Positions 54,201 to 64,000 of a stretch of DNA of 64,000 nt are shown here, piece by piece. Under the pieces are notes generated by a model that made no database searches, was not told where the DNA came from, and saw only the letters and a program-made list of their open reading frames with translations. Source of the stretch: Antedon mediterranea (lineage: Eukaryota > Animalia > Echinodermata). The stretch spans positions 7,182,201 through 7,246,200 of the forward strand of contig NC_092670.1 of assembly GCF_964355755.1 (NCBI RefSeq), in the 5' to 3' direction. The stretch's first letter is position 1. Every line of letters starts with the position of its first letter. Both the position numbers and the translations under genes were made by a program.

Positions 54201-57200
54201 TGAAGATATAACACCAACCTCCAAGTACAATCCTGGAAATAATCTATTTGATATTGGTAGCACTGATGTTATATATGATGCAGTTGATAGTTCAGGCAAT
54301 GCAGGAACATGTACCTTTATAGTTACCGTTAATGGTGAGTAACCCATCTCCCCACATGTCGTGAAGTGTCAACATTAGATGTAATGATAATATAAAAAAT
54401 TAATTATTATATTAAACGATTTTTTCAGCATGTTCTTCTTCAATATGTATTTTAAAAGTTAGGCATTGTTTTGAATTAAATAATTATTATAATCATGTTT
54501 TAGATCTAGAAGTTCCATAACATAGAAATTATTGTATATAAAGGATGCATTTCTACCTTGATCTTCTCCACTGGGTATTGTTTTGAGTATAAATCATTTT
54601 AATCATTTTAATTATTATATTATATGAATGTTTTAGATTCAGAAGCTCCAGATATTATAGATTGTCCAATTGGTATGGTTGTTTACGCAACAACTGGTGA
54701 GGCATTTGCAATAAATGTCACATGGTTGGGACCAACAGCTACTGATAACTCTGGAGAGACTCCTGTACCAGTATCAGACTACAATTATGGTGATAATATG
54801 TTGGCAATTGGTGATACAACAGTCCAGTACAATGTCTCAGATTCAGCTGGTAACTTTAATGATAGCTGCAGTTTTATTATCACTGTTAAAGGTAAGGTAG
54901 GAGAATGCCAAAATATAAATCAATAATAATTAAAACATATATTGATGTGACACGATGACTCATATAATAGAATTATATAATGAAATACGAGAAATCGATA
55001 TGTGTTCTAATATCCACAAACTATTACGTTGATTATTGCTATTATAAATTTACATTTAAATAGTATAACTTTCTAATTATTACATATTAATTTGTATGTA
55101 TCTGTTTTGTTACAAAATGTATACTGCATTGATACATCCATCAAGAAACTGCATAATTATGTGTTGTTTGAACTAATGAGCATGCCAGTTTTATTTTAAA
55201 TTATTCTCTTCTCATCTGTATTTTTGGCTTATCAAGAAAACCTTTTCCATTGTGATTGTCAAAATTATCTTATTATTTAATTGAATTGATTCTACCGCAA
55301 TGTTCACGTCACACTGCGCGGTGGTACACTCAGAGCCATTTATTAATGTACAGTAAACATATTATATTGTTTGTTTTCATTAGATGAGCAAGAGCCAGTA
55401 TTCAAATTTTGTCCTGAGAGCATTTTCACAGAAACTGATCATAGGTCATCTACTGCAAGAGTAAGTTGGGACACCCCTGACATTGAAGATAACTCGGGCC
55501 AAGTGTCACTAGTTGCGTCAACGAGTCCTGATAGTTCGTTTAATATTGGAACCACTCCCGTAATATACACTGCTAGTGATAACAGCAATAACATGAACAA
55601 ATGTGAATTTAATGTCACGGTTCAAGGTAACTTGAAATAATCTGTTTTTTATTTGGTATATTATTAATAAAATATTACAATAATATTTGTTAATACTGTA
55701 TAATAATGTAACTGTACCTAAAAATAAATATTTATAATTACGTAATATCTGTACAGACCAAAATAAGATGATCTAGAATGCAAATAACAAGCCTATAAAC
55801 ATCTACTTTACCAACAATTCTTCCATAAATAGAATAAACTGGAAACAAATAAAAATAGAAGGCGTAATAATGTTGGTAGACGTAAATATGTTAAGATACA
55901 ATCAGTCTATTTGGGTTTTAAATATCTCAATACCGTATTAAATGTTAAAAATGTCTTTATAATATTATTTTTTAGTCTCAGGTGAAGATTTGATGTTTAT
56001 TTTTTTGTAGATAACGAACCACCGGTTTTAGAATGTCCTGGTGACATCATTGATATAGCAACTACCACATCTGGAATTGCTATTACTTGGCCAGACCTTA
56101 GATATATTGATAATTCTGGAAAATCTGTAATATTAAATTCAACAAGTAATTCTGGAGATATATTTACCTTTGGGACGCATACCGTGATTTATACGGGATT
56201 TGACCAATCGCAAAACAGTGGTACATGTAAATTTGAAATAAAAATAGGAGGCAAGTATTTTTGTTTAATGATTAATTTGACGTGAATGTGGAATGTATCA
56301 AACAATACTGCTACTAACCAAATCGGCCACAGAAAAACTGGCACAAAAATCAACCTGATGAAGAATGGAAATAAAGATTTTTTTCTAATATAACCAAATG
56401 AATGTGTTGCTCTCTCCTAGAGCGCTTCGGCTAGCATTTCCATTTGAATATAGTAACAAATCAATACAACATTAGAAGGTTGTCGACTAGGAGTACTAGG
56501 CCTACTAGCTGTACTGTACATATATGATAACGCTTTTTTTCATTAAAGATTCCTGTACTTCTTCACCATGTCAAAATGGAGGAACTTGTGTACAGTTGGA
56601 AACGAGCTTTGCATGTAGCTGTCCTGTGTTATATGAAGGCAACTTATGTCAAATACTACCAGGTATTAACTAAACTTTGAACTTTGCTAATTTCTCAAGG
56701 TATAGGCTTTTTATGGGATTAGGACATGCATGAATGATATAAATGATACAATTAATAAATCAAATGTTTGTACATTAATCATATTATATGTATTATACTG
56801 TATAATGTAGGTGAACCAACAGCAGAAATTCAACCTTTATCACTAAGTGCTAATTTAAAAAATACAGTCACTTTCCAATGTATTGTAACTTACTCAATTA
56901 ATTGGCGTTGGTATAAAGACGACATCGAACTCCCATCTGAAACACAAAGGCTAAAGTTTCTCACAATTAATGAAGTTAGTCTGGAAAACCAAGGCTATTA
57001 TTACTGCAAATCATTTGGAGTATCGCCACATGATGGCGTAACAGACATATCAATGAAGGCAGCGCTTGTTGTTACAGGTAAACGTAATTCAATATTAATA
57101 TGTAAACGAATAGTGATCCAATTGCAAAATAGGGACAGTTACATGGATTGTGGAATTAGCTCTCTAGACAAATTTTATAAAGACAAAGTATATAAGTAAA

Positions 57201-60200
57201 CTGCACTCAACTCAATTGACTTACTTTGGTATACTTCCATCCAATCGTTATGACCATGAAGAATTTATGACTAGTGCAGCTATTGTATCTGTATTCATTT
57301 TGTTGTGATGTATTGAGGTAGGTACAATGTCTAGACTTCGTATCAGAAAAGCAGATATTGTATGTATGTGTATATGAAACTGCTGACTTCAATGTTACAT
57401 TAAATAGTTTATTATAATAATGTGTTTCTATTAATCCTTAGATGCATTTACTGTACCAACAGTATTAACTTTCAAGAATTTACAATTTACGTCTGCATTA
57501 AGCAACCCTTCCTCGAAAGAATTCAAAAACACTTCAACTGAAATTGAAAACTACGTAGGTTTTGTTAAACAATTTAGAAAAGTCGTTATCTGTATTTTTA
57601 CCATCCCACCCCACCTCCTCTTCTCTAATATCATCTGTTGCTACCAACAGGCAATACCTATTTAAGTATTCATTTTTAGCTGTGTATTTTTGACATGATA
57701 AACACCTATAACCTTATTTTTCCACAGTAGTGGTGTCAACATAAATGCATAGCCATGCCAAATTACAAAACATTTTTGTTTTATGAACTTATTATTTTTT
57801 CTTGTTTTCAGTTAACTGAGAGTATAAGTATAACTGATATATTTGTTCAAGTTCGTACACTACGTTCTGGGAGTGTGATTGCTAACATCAACATATATAA
57901 ACCAAGTGCAGACCAAAGTTACAATAATTTCAGCAAAAGTTTATCAGGAGAATTTAAAATAATAGGAGATAAAGGAGTTATAGATGCTGATAATATTGTC
58001 ATATTTAGCACGGGTAAAACATGTTCAACGAGATTTTAAATTACTTGACATGTGACTTCTTGTTTCCATCCTGATTCAGAATCGTTTCCCAATAGATGGA
58101 TAACATTTTATTATAAACAAAATATTATGATATCCTTTATTTCGTATCCTCTCTCTCTCGGTATCAACCATTTGCATACATTAAACACTTACATTACTAA
58201 ATGTTTATTTTAATGTTTTTTTAGATTATTTTAATCAATAATAAGCCTGTATACATTGTTTTTATTCATTAGAGAGTTGCAATGTAGAGATAATAGGTGG
58301 ATTAACATTTGGGCCTGCTGATGTCGGTCAGAATACACCATCTGAAGAAGTTTGTCCAGAATCTAAAATCAACTGTAAGTTGTATGATCGTTTTAATTAT
58401 TTTCCTGTTTTGTGGATTGATCTTTTTCATATATGAAATAAAATGTTGATAACAATTCCTGGAGGATTAGATGGCACCTACTACTTCCTGATATTTGTGA
58501 TGCTGTACTTTGACAGCTTGCATGGGATTAATATAACGAGACAATAGGCCTTGCGTCTTCATATTAAACATTTTCAGATGAAAGATATTCATAACAATGT
58601 ATTACATGGCGGCGGTGCGTTATTGCCTTATTATTATATGCCTCAGAAGAATCTGTCTTCATTCACAGAGTGATATAAATATTATATTTTGTCATTAATA
58701 GATGGTATGCCCCTAGGCTTGTGTACATGCTATAGTGATGGTCTGTCAGCTGCTGTGTGGCAGGATGTGATTTTGCAAGACTGTGGTCGGGATGCTACAT
58801 CTGATGAACTTCTAGAAAGGTTAAATATGGTCAGTGAAGAAAGTGCTATATTGACTATTACTAAGTACTGAGATCAGGGAGTTGTTAACAATAACAATTC
58901 CCTGCTGAGATCTAATTGTAATAAACTAATTAATAATGATTTAATCATCATCATCATCATAATTTATTTGATCTACTTACTTTTAGTTCATCTTGTTTTA
59001 CTATCTTATTATATTGTAATTCATTTTAGATCACAGTTACTGAAGAAAATGCAGAGGAAGTAATTACAGCAGTTAACAACATTACAGCAACTGAATCAGA
59101 GACTATTACACCAGATGGTTTGGAAGCAACTGCAGAAATTATTGAAAGTGTTACTGCGGTAAATTCAACATCTGCTGAAGTGAGTTTATCTTTTGTTTAT
59201 ATACATTGCAATATAAAATATTAAATTTGTAAACTAGAGTTGTCCATGTGTATTATTATTATTTATTTGTTTTAATTTTCGTCCAGGTGACATCAACATT
59301 AGTTGGCACTGTTGCTAGTCTTTTTGAAGTAGACGATGATGTACTCTTAGAGAGTCAGATGCAAACACAAGCTCCTAGTAGAATTGTGGAATCCCTTGAA
59401 GAACAATTAGCAGTTGTTGATCTTAAAAACGATAAATATGAATTTGTAACCAGCAGCGTAGCAGTGCAAGCTCAAAGTGTTAAAACAAATGAACTTGATC
59501 ACACTGGGATTGGAATCGCATCTTATCAATCTGCAGATACTAATGCACTAGTAAATGTGACAGGATTTAGTAAGAAGGATGAGCTGAATAATGCCGCATC
59601 TGTCAGTATTTACATTCCTCCAACAATTACTAAAACGTTTGCAGCCTACAATGGTAAGTGGTCAGAATGACGATTAATTTAAAATGCAACATGATCAGGA
59701 TCATCATCAACGTACTCGTTATTCATAATTAATAATCAACACACAAGTATGATATGACTGTTCCAAATGTTTCAAAGAAACAAAAGTTTACAACATTGTA
59801 ATTATAATGTATGTTCGGATTTTTCATCAGAAAACTTCCCTTTTAATGATTTATATGATTTTTTTTTAAACAGGAACATCTGATTTTCGTGTAGTTACAG
59901 TAATATATAATGACAGTTCACTATTTCCAACAAACCAGTCAAATAATGCAACAAGAACCAATGGTCAGATTATTTCATTGTCAATACCTGGAGTTAAACT
60001 GAACAATTTATCAGATCCAATTGTCACAACATTTATACCTGCCGAGGTAATTAGACATTTCAACATTACGTTTTATTATTATAACCGGCCGACACATATC
60101 TGTCATTGGGCTTAGTGGTACGCATTGCCTTGTTGATTGTATCCTATAGAGTGCGGTTCTCTACTTTCTTGAAAGTTGAGATAATATGCTTACAATTATG

Positions 60201-63200
60201 AAAAGTTTGATCCGACTCTTTGTATGTTACCATGTTTTATTACAAAATAAAAAGTTTGATAAATATATTGCATTTCAAGTCTCATTATGTAGTTAGCAGA
60301 TATACTTCTAGTACATCGTAACTAGTTGAAAGCAGGAACATTAGTCGGCCAAGAATTGTTAAAATTACCTCATTCATTTTATAATCATTCCAATTTCTTT
60401 TTATTTAGATATCCAAAAATAATAATGAGACAGCATGTGTGTTTTGGAATTTTGAACTTGATGATGGTAATGGTGGCTGGTCAAGTGCTGGATGCTACTT
60501 AGCTAATGGATCGTTGGATGGCAGTGACAGACAAATTTGTCATTGTAACCATTTAACCAATTTTGCAATCCTGATGGCAAGTTATGAAAGTTCTATAGCA
60601 AACGTAGCATACATATAATGCATTTTTATGAGTGCTATGATTCAAATAAATTCATTAGGTGAAAGATAAAAGGTGAAGCCAAGCCAAGATAAAATAGAAC
60701 AAATGTTCATCTTTCACTGATTGAATTTTGTTCGAATTGCTATTCAACAATTCTTGAGAGTGTAGAACAAAAAACGACATTAGGTTTTAATAGAATATTT
60801 ATTGAACATCATTAATCATCCAATCATTTTTTTATGTACTTGTTTTGTTCATTTTTTTTTTTATTTTTTAACTTCTCATTAACTCTGTTAGTGAAGGATC
60901 TGGACCAACAGGTAAACACCTCTAAAACGGTCCAGTCGGTCCAGTCCCAATTTGCACAGTGGCTGTGTGTGACAGTGGCTGTGTTTGTGTGGACTAGTAC
61001 ACTACTCGTCTCGAGAGATATATTAGGTTCTTTAAAGTGCACATGACCTGTGTGTACACTGGACCTACGGTTTATATCCGAGAAGTTCTCCATGGTTCTT
61101 CCGCCAGAACCATGGAGCAAGTGAGCGAACCATTGCCGATGTTATGGCTACGTACTCGCCTGTTATTTAACACTACAGTATATTAGTAAACATATTATAA
61201 ATCCTTCAATAGATACAATGATGAAGTATATTATGATTTTAATAGAATATTTATTGAACATCATCAATCAAGTTATTAGGTGCTTGTAAATAATTTTTAT
61301 AGTGCGAAACTACAGTGTATTAATGAAAATAATATTATGAATCCTTCAATAGGTATACAAAATGCAGTCCAGAAAGGATTGAATTATAACAATATTATGG
61401 TTTCTCAGCACCAGACTGAACTATAGACAATGTGGTAGGCTTGTAAATCCATTTAAAACCAGCCCAACTCATATCAAGGCTAGTCAGTAATGGTACCGCT
61501 TTATAAAAATTAAATTGTATTTTTCCATTTAGAATTTTTATCCAGGTCAAGAAGATTCAGCGATTCCAAGGTATATCACAAATATTGGTCTTGGTGTTTC
61601 AATCGTTTGTTTACTTGCAACTTTAGTCTCTTTTACAATCAACAGGTAGGATCGAAATTAATTCATAACATTTATCATTACAAGTTGGAATTTGTTTTTT
61701 TTTAAATTACAATGATAATTGGATTTTAATTAGGTAATGAAGTTAACCATACAAAAGGTAGCCAAAACAATAATATAATAATAATAATAAGGGAAACTTG
61801 TTTTCACAATAATGTATAATATAGCTAATTATAGTGATCTGCAAATCTTGGTTTTACTCAGAAACAACTCATATACTTACTATGTATTGAATACTTTTGG
61901 TAGCTAGATTGGTTTAAATTAAAATACACATTTTTATTGAACTGCATTTTTTGTATTATTTCCTACTATAGAATAAATCGCAGACTACATCTTAGATTAG
62001 GGACAAAATGGTAATCGTTCTTCATTCGTAAATTTCAACTAATGAAGTTGACTCTATGTTTATAAAAATGAGTTTATTCTAAAATGATGAGACCTCCTCC
62101 GTGTTTACAAAAATATAATTGTTTCTCAAAAAGTTTTGTGAAATGTTTTGAAATATATTAAATTTATGATTAACTAATCTTTTTTCAATTTAATTGTTCA
62201 AACTTTTAATTGATAACATTCTTATCTTTTTATAAACAGTTCAGTTCAATGTGATGACAAAACAATATTATACATTCACTCAGGCTAAATTACAGATGCT
62301 GTTTCATTTTTTTTTTTTTTCAGAAAGCTACGAAAGAGTAAACCAAAACAAATATTATGCCACCTGTGTGTATCATTACTCTGCTTGTATCTGATCTTTC
62401 TGGTTGGGATTGACAGAAAAGATAAAAAAGGTTCTTGTACGGCCATTGCTGGACTGATTCACTACTTTTTGTTGACGTCTATGTTTTGGATGTCTGTGCA
62501 GGCATTTAACCTGTATTACTTGATCGTGAAAGTTTATAATACACACGTTTCTAGGTTTTTCTTAAAAGCCTGTCTTTTTGCTTGGGGTAAGTGCACAAAC
62601 ATACAAAATGACAATTATTAGCTAATGTAAACTAACTACATGATAAAAAAGAAGTAATTGATTATGGCAGTTTGTTGCCAAAGCATGTTTTAAAATGGAA
62701 AACAAGCGTCTCACGCGCTACTCGGTAAATTGATTCATTGGACTTACTTTTTAAGTTATACATTAGGATGTGTGATTATCACTATATATACATTTATTGT
62801 TTACAGGTCTACCAGCTGTGATTGTTGCTATTACTGTTGGTATTGATGTTGACAATTATGCAAATAAAGACTAGTAAGTTACAACATTTATTTAGAAACA
62901 ATTCAAGAAATAAAGGCAGCATACATTAATTAAAATAACTTAAATGGTAACATTAAATTGTAAACTATTAATATTTATTAAATATTGAGTAAACCAACTC
63001 GCAGTTTTCCGATAATTTGACTAACTTCATACTTAAAAACGGTTTTATTTATCTTTTAAATGTACTCATCCTTTAACTACAACATATTATTGAGAACATA
63101 CATTCTCATTTATGGCAAATTCATTTCTCATGTTTTAGTCGTTCTATAATAACAATAGAATATAGTATACCACTTTAAAACTGAGTTTATTTTTTGTTTA

Positions 63201-63720
63201 CAGCTGTTTCCTTGTTGTAACCCGTATGTATTACAGCGTAGCATTACCTATTGCAATCGTATTACTCTTTAATATGATTGTGTTTATTATGGTGTTACAC
63301 AGCATAAGTAAACTTGGTAAAATAACAGCACAAGCTCACGAACACAACAAAAGCAGGCACTTACTGCAGAATGCAGCGTGCATATCTGTAATTATGGGAT
63401 TGACATGGGTTATTGGATTCTTTGCAATTGGTAGTGCCACCGATGAGATTCAGATACTCTTCTGTATCCTGAATTCTTTTCAAGGCTTTGCTATCTTCGT
63501 CCTTTATTGTTTAAGAAGTAAGGATGTTCGTATTTTCTGGACAGAAGAGGTGCGTAAACGATTTAACGGGGTATCTTCAACACTTAGAGGAACCAAAAGT
63601 AGCTCTGTCAATTCCAGTGCAGGTAAAACTACTTCCTTTGGTTTGAATTCGTCTAAAGAAGAGCAACCGAATTCGGATTTTAAAACCAATTCAAGTAACA
63701 ACCAAGAGTATGTTGCTTGA
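24272..63720 (+). CDS. Adhesion GPCR paralog B, apparently complete, about 3376 aa (SP, 7 HYR, D8C, 4 HYR, MAM-CUB-LDLa x2, MAM-CUB, 5 HYR, EGF, Ig, SEA, HormR, GAIN/GPS, 7TM)
   Basis: 45 exons summing to 10131 nt, in frame: 24272-24329 ([19 protein letters not shown]), 28868-29122, 31461-31721, 32189-32470, 32772-33050, 33413-33667, 33981-34265, 34623-34919, 35812-36018, 37389-37568, 38324-38383, 39515-39769, 40625-40882, 41165-41431, 41855-42148, 43019-43138, 43474-43788, 44208-44543, 44661-44783, 45266-45391, 45964-46296, 46713-47048, 47175-47294, 51609-51734, 52016-52348, 52768-53127, 53325-53603, 54086-54334, 54637-54891, 55384-55626, 56011-56250, 56549-56662, 56811-57077, 57442-57554, 57812-58013, 58273-58374, 58702-58829, 59030-59179, 59287-59653, 59874-60046, 60409-60576, 61533-61645, 62324-62586, 62807-62873, 63204-63720. 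Confidence 0.85.
25971..28053. mobile_element. Non-autonomous Mutator-like (9-bp TSD) DNA element with GCGAGGCA-repeat TIRs
   Basis: TIRs of about 140-160 bp (ACAAAGTGCGAGGCAGCGAGGCACGCGAGGCA vs its reverse complement) with many GCGAGGCA units; degenerate 9-bp TSD GAGCTGTGG (25962-25970) / GTTCTGTGG (28054-28062). Confidence 0.72.
26155..26983. repeat. Degenerate foldback (about 330-bp inverted arms) inside the Mutator-like element
   Basis: CTAGTTTCCTT..GAATACCACA..TTTCTATGGAACGCCAAAAGAGCAA is mirrored by TTGCTCTTTTGGCGCTCCATAGAAAC..TGTGGTATTC..AAGGAAACTAG. Confidence 0.75.
28868..34919 (+). CDS. Gene B first HYR (hyalin repeat) cluster, 7 single-domain exons
   Basis: Each exon reads D.E.P.I.CP...VTW..P...DNSG...FPIG.T.V.Y...D.SGN...CSF.I.VEG. 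The first (28868-29122) is divergent. Confidence 0.88.
30017..31172. mobile_element. PIF/Harbinger-derived non-autonomous element
   Basis: Termini GGGCCGGATTTATCAAACTTGCTTA / TAAGCAAATATTGATAAATGCCAACCC. A + strand remnant at about 30340-30415 reads FRDRYDPID...[12 protein letters not shown], resembling the HARBI1-type transposase N-terminus. Confidence 0.65.
30571..30949. mobile_element. MITE nested in the Harbinger element, with an internal tRNA-like A/B-box segment
   Basis: About 60-bp TIRs (TAGCGCGGCCGCG..GTGGGCAGAAATCATGAATAATTCAT / ATGAATTATTCATGACTTCTGCCCAC..GCGCGGCCATCGCTA); internal TGGTCTAGTGG and GGTTCGAGGTC boxes. Confidence 0.65.
35582..35697 (+). pseudogene. Decayed HYR pseudo-exon in a gene B intron
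   Basis: [14 protein letters not shown] / frameshift / [22 protein letters not shown], homologous to exons 33413-33667 and 54637-54891; no acceptor, truncated. Confidence 0.7.
35812..38383 (+). CDS. Gene B D8C (uromodulin/GP2/VWDE-type) module, 3 exons
   Basis: [22 protein letters not shown]|DTYPELG..TGC..DPC..ISLLAC..YFVHYF..GYCT|DSFLPC..PEFPPC matches the D8C pattern WYRF..MP..CGT..P.WL.G.HP..AC..C..I.V..C..YVY.L..YC. Confidence 0.72.
36845..37150. mobile_element. Degenerate short relative of the Kolobok-like element
   Basis: TTGTCCCC...GGGGACAA..ATATCT-TTAA ends, plus subterminal ATTTTAATGTCACATAAAA similar to the 22650-22733 end. Confidence 0.5.
37878..38168 (+). mobile_element. tRNA-derived CORE-type SINE with L2-like tail
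   Basis: A box TGGCGCAGTG, B box GGTTTGAATCC, central TAGGCAAGATA..TGCCTCTCTCCACCCAGGTGTATAAATGGGTAC, tail TGTAAAGCGCCTTTGAG..GGGCGCTATATAAG, then (ATT)n. Confidence 0.78.
38683..39437. mobile_element. Probable Helentron-like/interspersed repeat with internal subrepeats
   Basis: Terminal hairpin GTCAGC-CTTT-GCTGAC, repeated AGCTCGATC.GAGCA and TGACCTT motifs, short subterminal inversion TGAGTT.TATTTT / AAAATAACTCA. Confidence 0.4.
43019..53127 (+). CDS. Gene B MAM-CUB-LDLa tandem units (third unit lacks LDLa)
   Basis: MAM: [46 protein letters not shown]: [38 protein letters not shown]. LDLa: CL...[15 protein letters not shown]. Confidence 0.85.
49642..50186 (+). mobile_element. Helentron-associated (HINE/DINE-1-like) element
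   Basis: 5' TTTACCTCCGCCAAGGAGGTA, (TTTG/TCTG)n microsatellite, 3' subTIR GACGGAGG, hairpin CACTCTCGGAGTG and terminal CTTGTT. Confidence 0.7.
50390..51250 (-). mobile_element. Decayed LINE fragment (ORF1 C-terminus and AP endonuclease start)
   Basis: Minus-strand remnants [25 protein letters not shown] (ORF1-like) and [25 protein letters not shown] (APE domain), with stops. Confidence 0.65.
51347..51415. repeat. 18-bp minisatellite ATGCAAACATTGGGACTT x3.5
   Basis: Read directly from the sequence. Confidence 0.85.
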
Positions 63721-64000
63721 TTGGCGCATGTTTCTAATGATTATTGGGACCGCCCAATCTCTATAACGGTGATGGTTTCTATGATTTTAGTAAACTTTCT
63801 GTTCTATATATTATACTTATTTCAGTCATCATCATCAGTCAAGGTAAAAACAAATCAATTCGATTTAGATAACACCAGTATAATTGTATCTTGGATCCTG
63901 ATGTAAACAAACTACTTTTGCATTAATATTAAAATCATTAACAATACAATAAGAGTTTGTTGTTATGATTGATCCATTATTACAAATATTTTACATCGAA

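Noticed and set aside
63824-63906. Extra terminal coding exon after the stop (TTTCAG then SSSSVKVKTNQFDLD; similar at 7201)
   Set aside because: No donor shared by both paralogs gives a consistent frame, and the two copies differ by frameshifting indels; treated as 3' UTR unless RNA-seq shows otherwise.

Overview
AT-rich, intron-containing eukaryotic (animal) DNA. The HYR/hyalin-rich adhesion receptors and the repeat types suggest a marine invertebrate, probably an echinoderm (inference). The window holds two tandem paralogous adhesion GPCR (aGPCR) genes on the + strand. Gene A is present only as its 3' part (237-7100: EGF-Ig-SEA-HormR-GAIN/GPS-7TM). Gene B could be reconstructed by hand as 45 coding exons (24272-63720, 10131 nt, about 3376 aa): signal peptide, 16 HYR(-like) domains, a uromodulin/VWDE-type D8C module, MAM-CUB-LDLa x2 plus MAM-CUB, EGF, Ig, SEA, HormR, GAIN/GPS and 7TM, with GC-AG introns. 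Between the genes is a nest of mobile elements: a 5'-truncated CR1-type LINE, and a TTAA-flanked Kolobok-like DNA element that contains a very young Ty3/Gypsy retrotransposon (identical 298-bp LTRs, HhH domain ahead of Gag, -1 frameshift signal, PHD finger on integrase). The first coding intron of gene B carries a 5S rRNA-derived SINE that shares its 3' tail with the LINE and is split by a Mutator-like element. The most unusual structure is a TRIM-like appendage fused to the Gypsy 3' LTR (PBS, hairpin, PPT, then a second TG..CA unit) that carries an antisense copy of the integrase 3' region. All coordinates were read by eye; no database searches were run.
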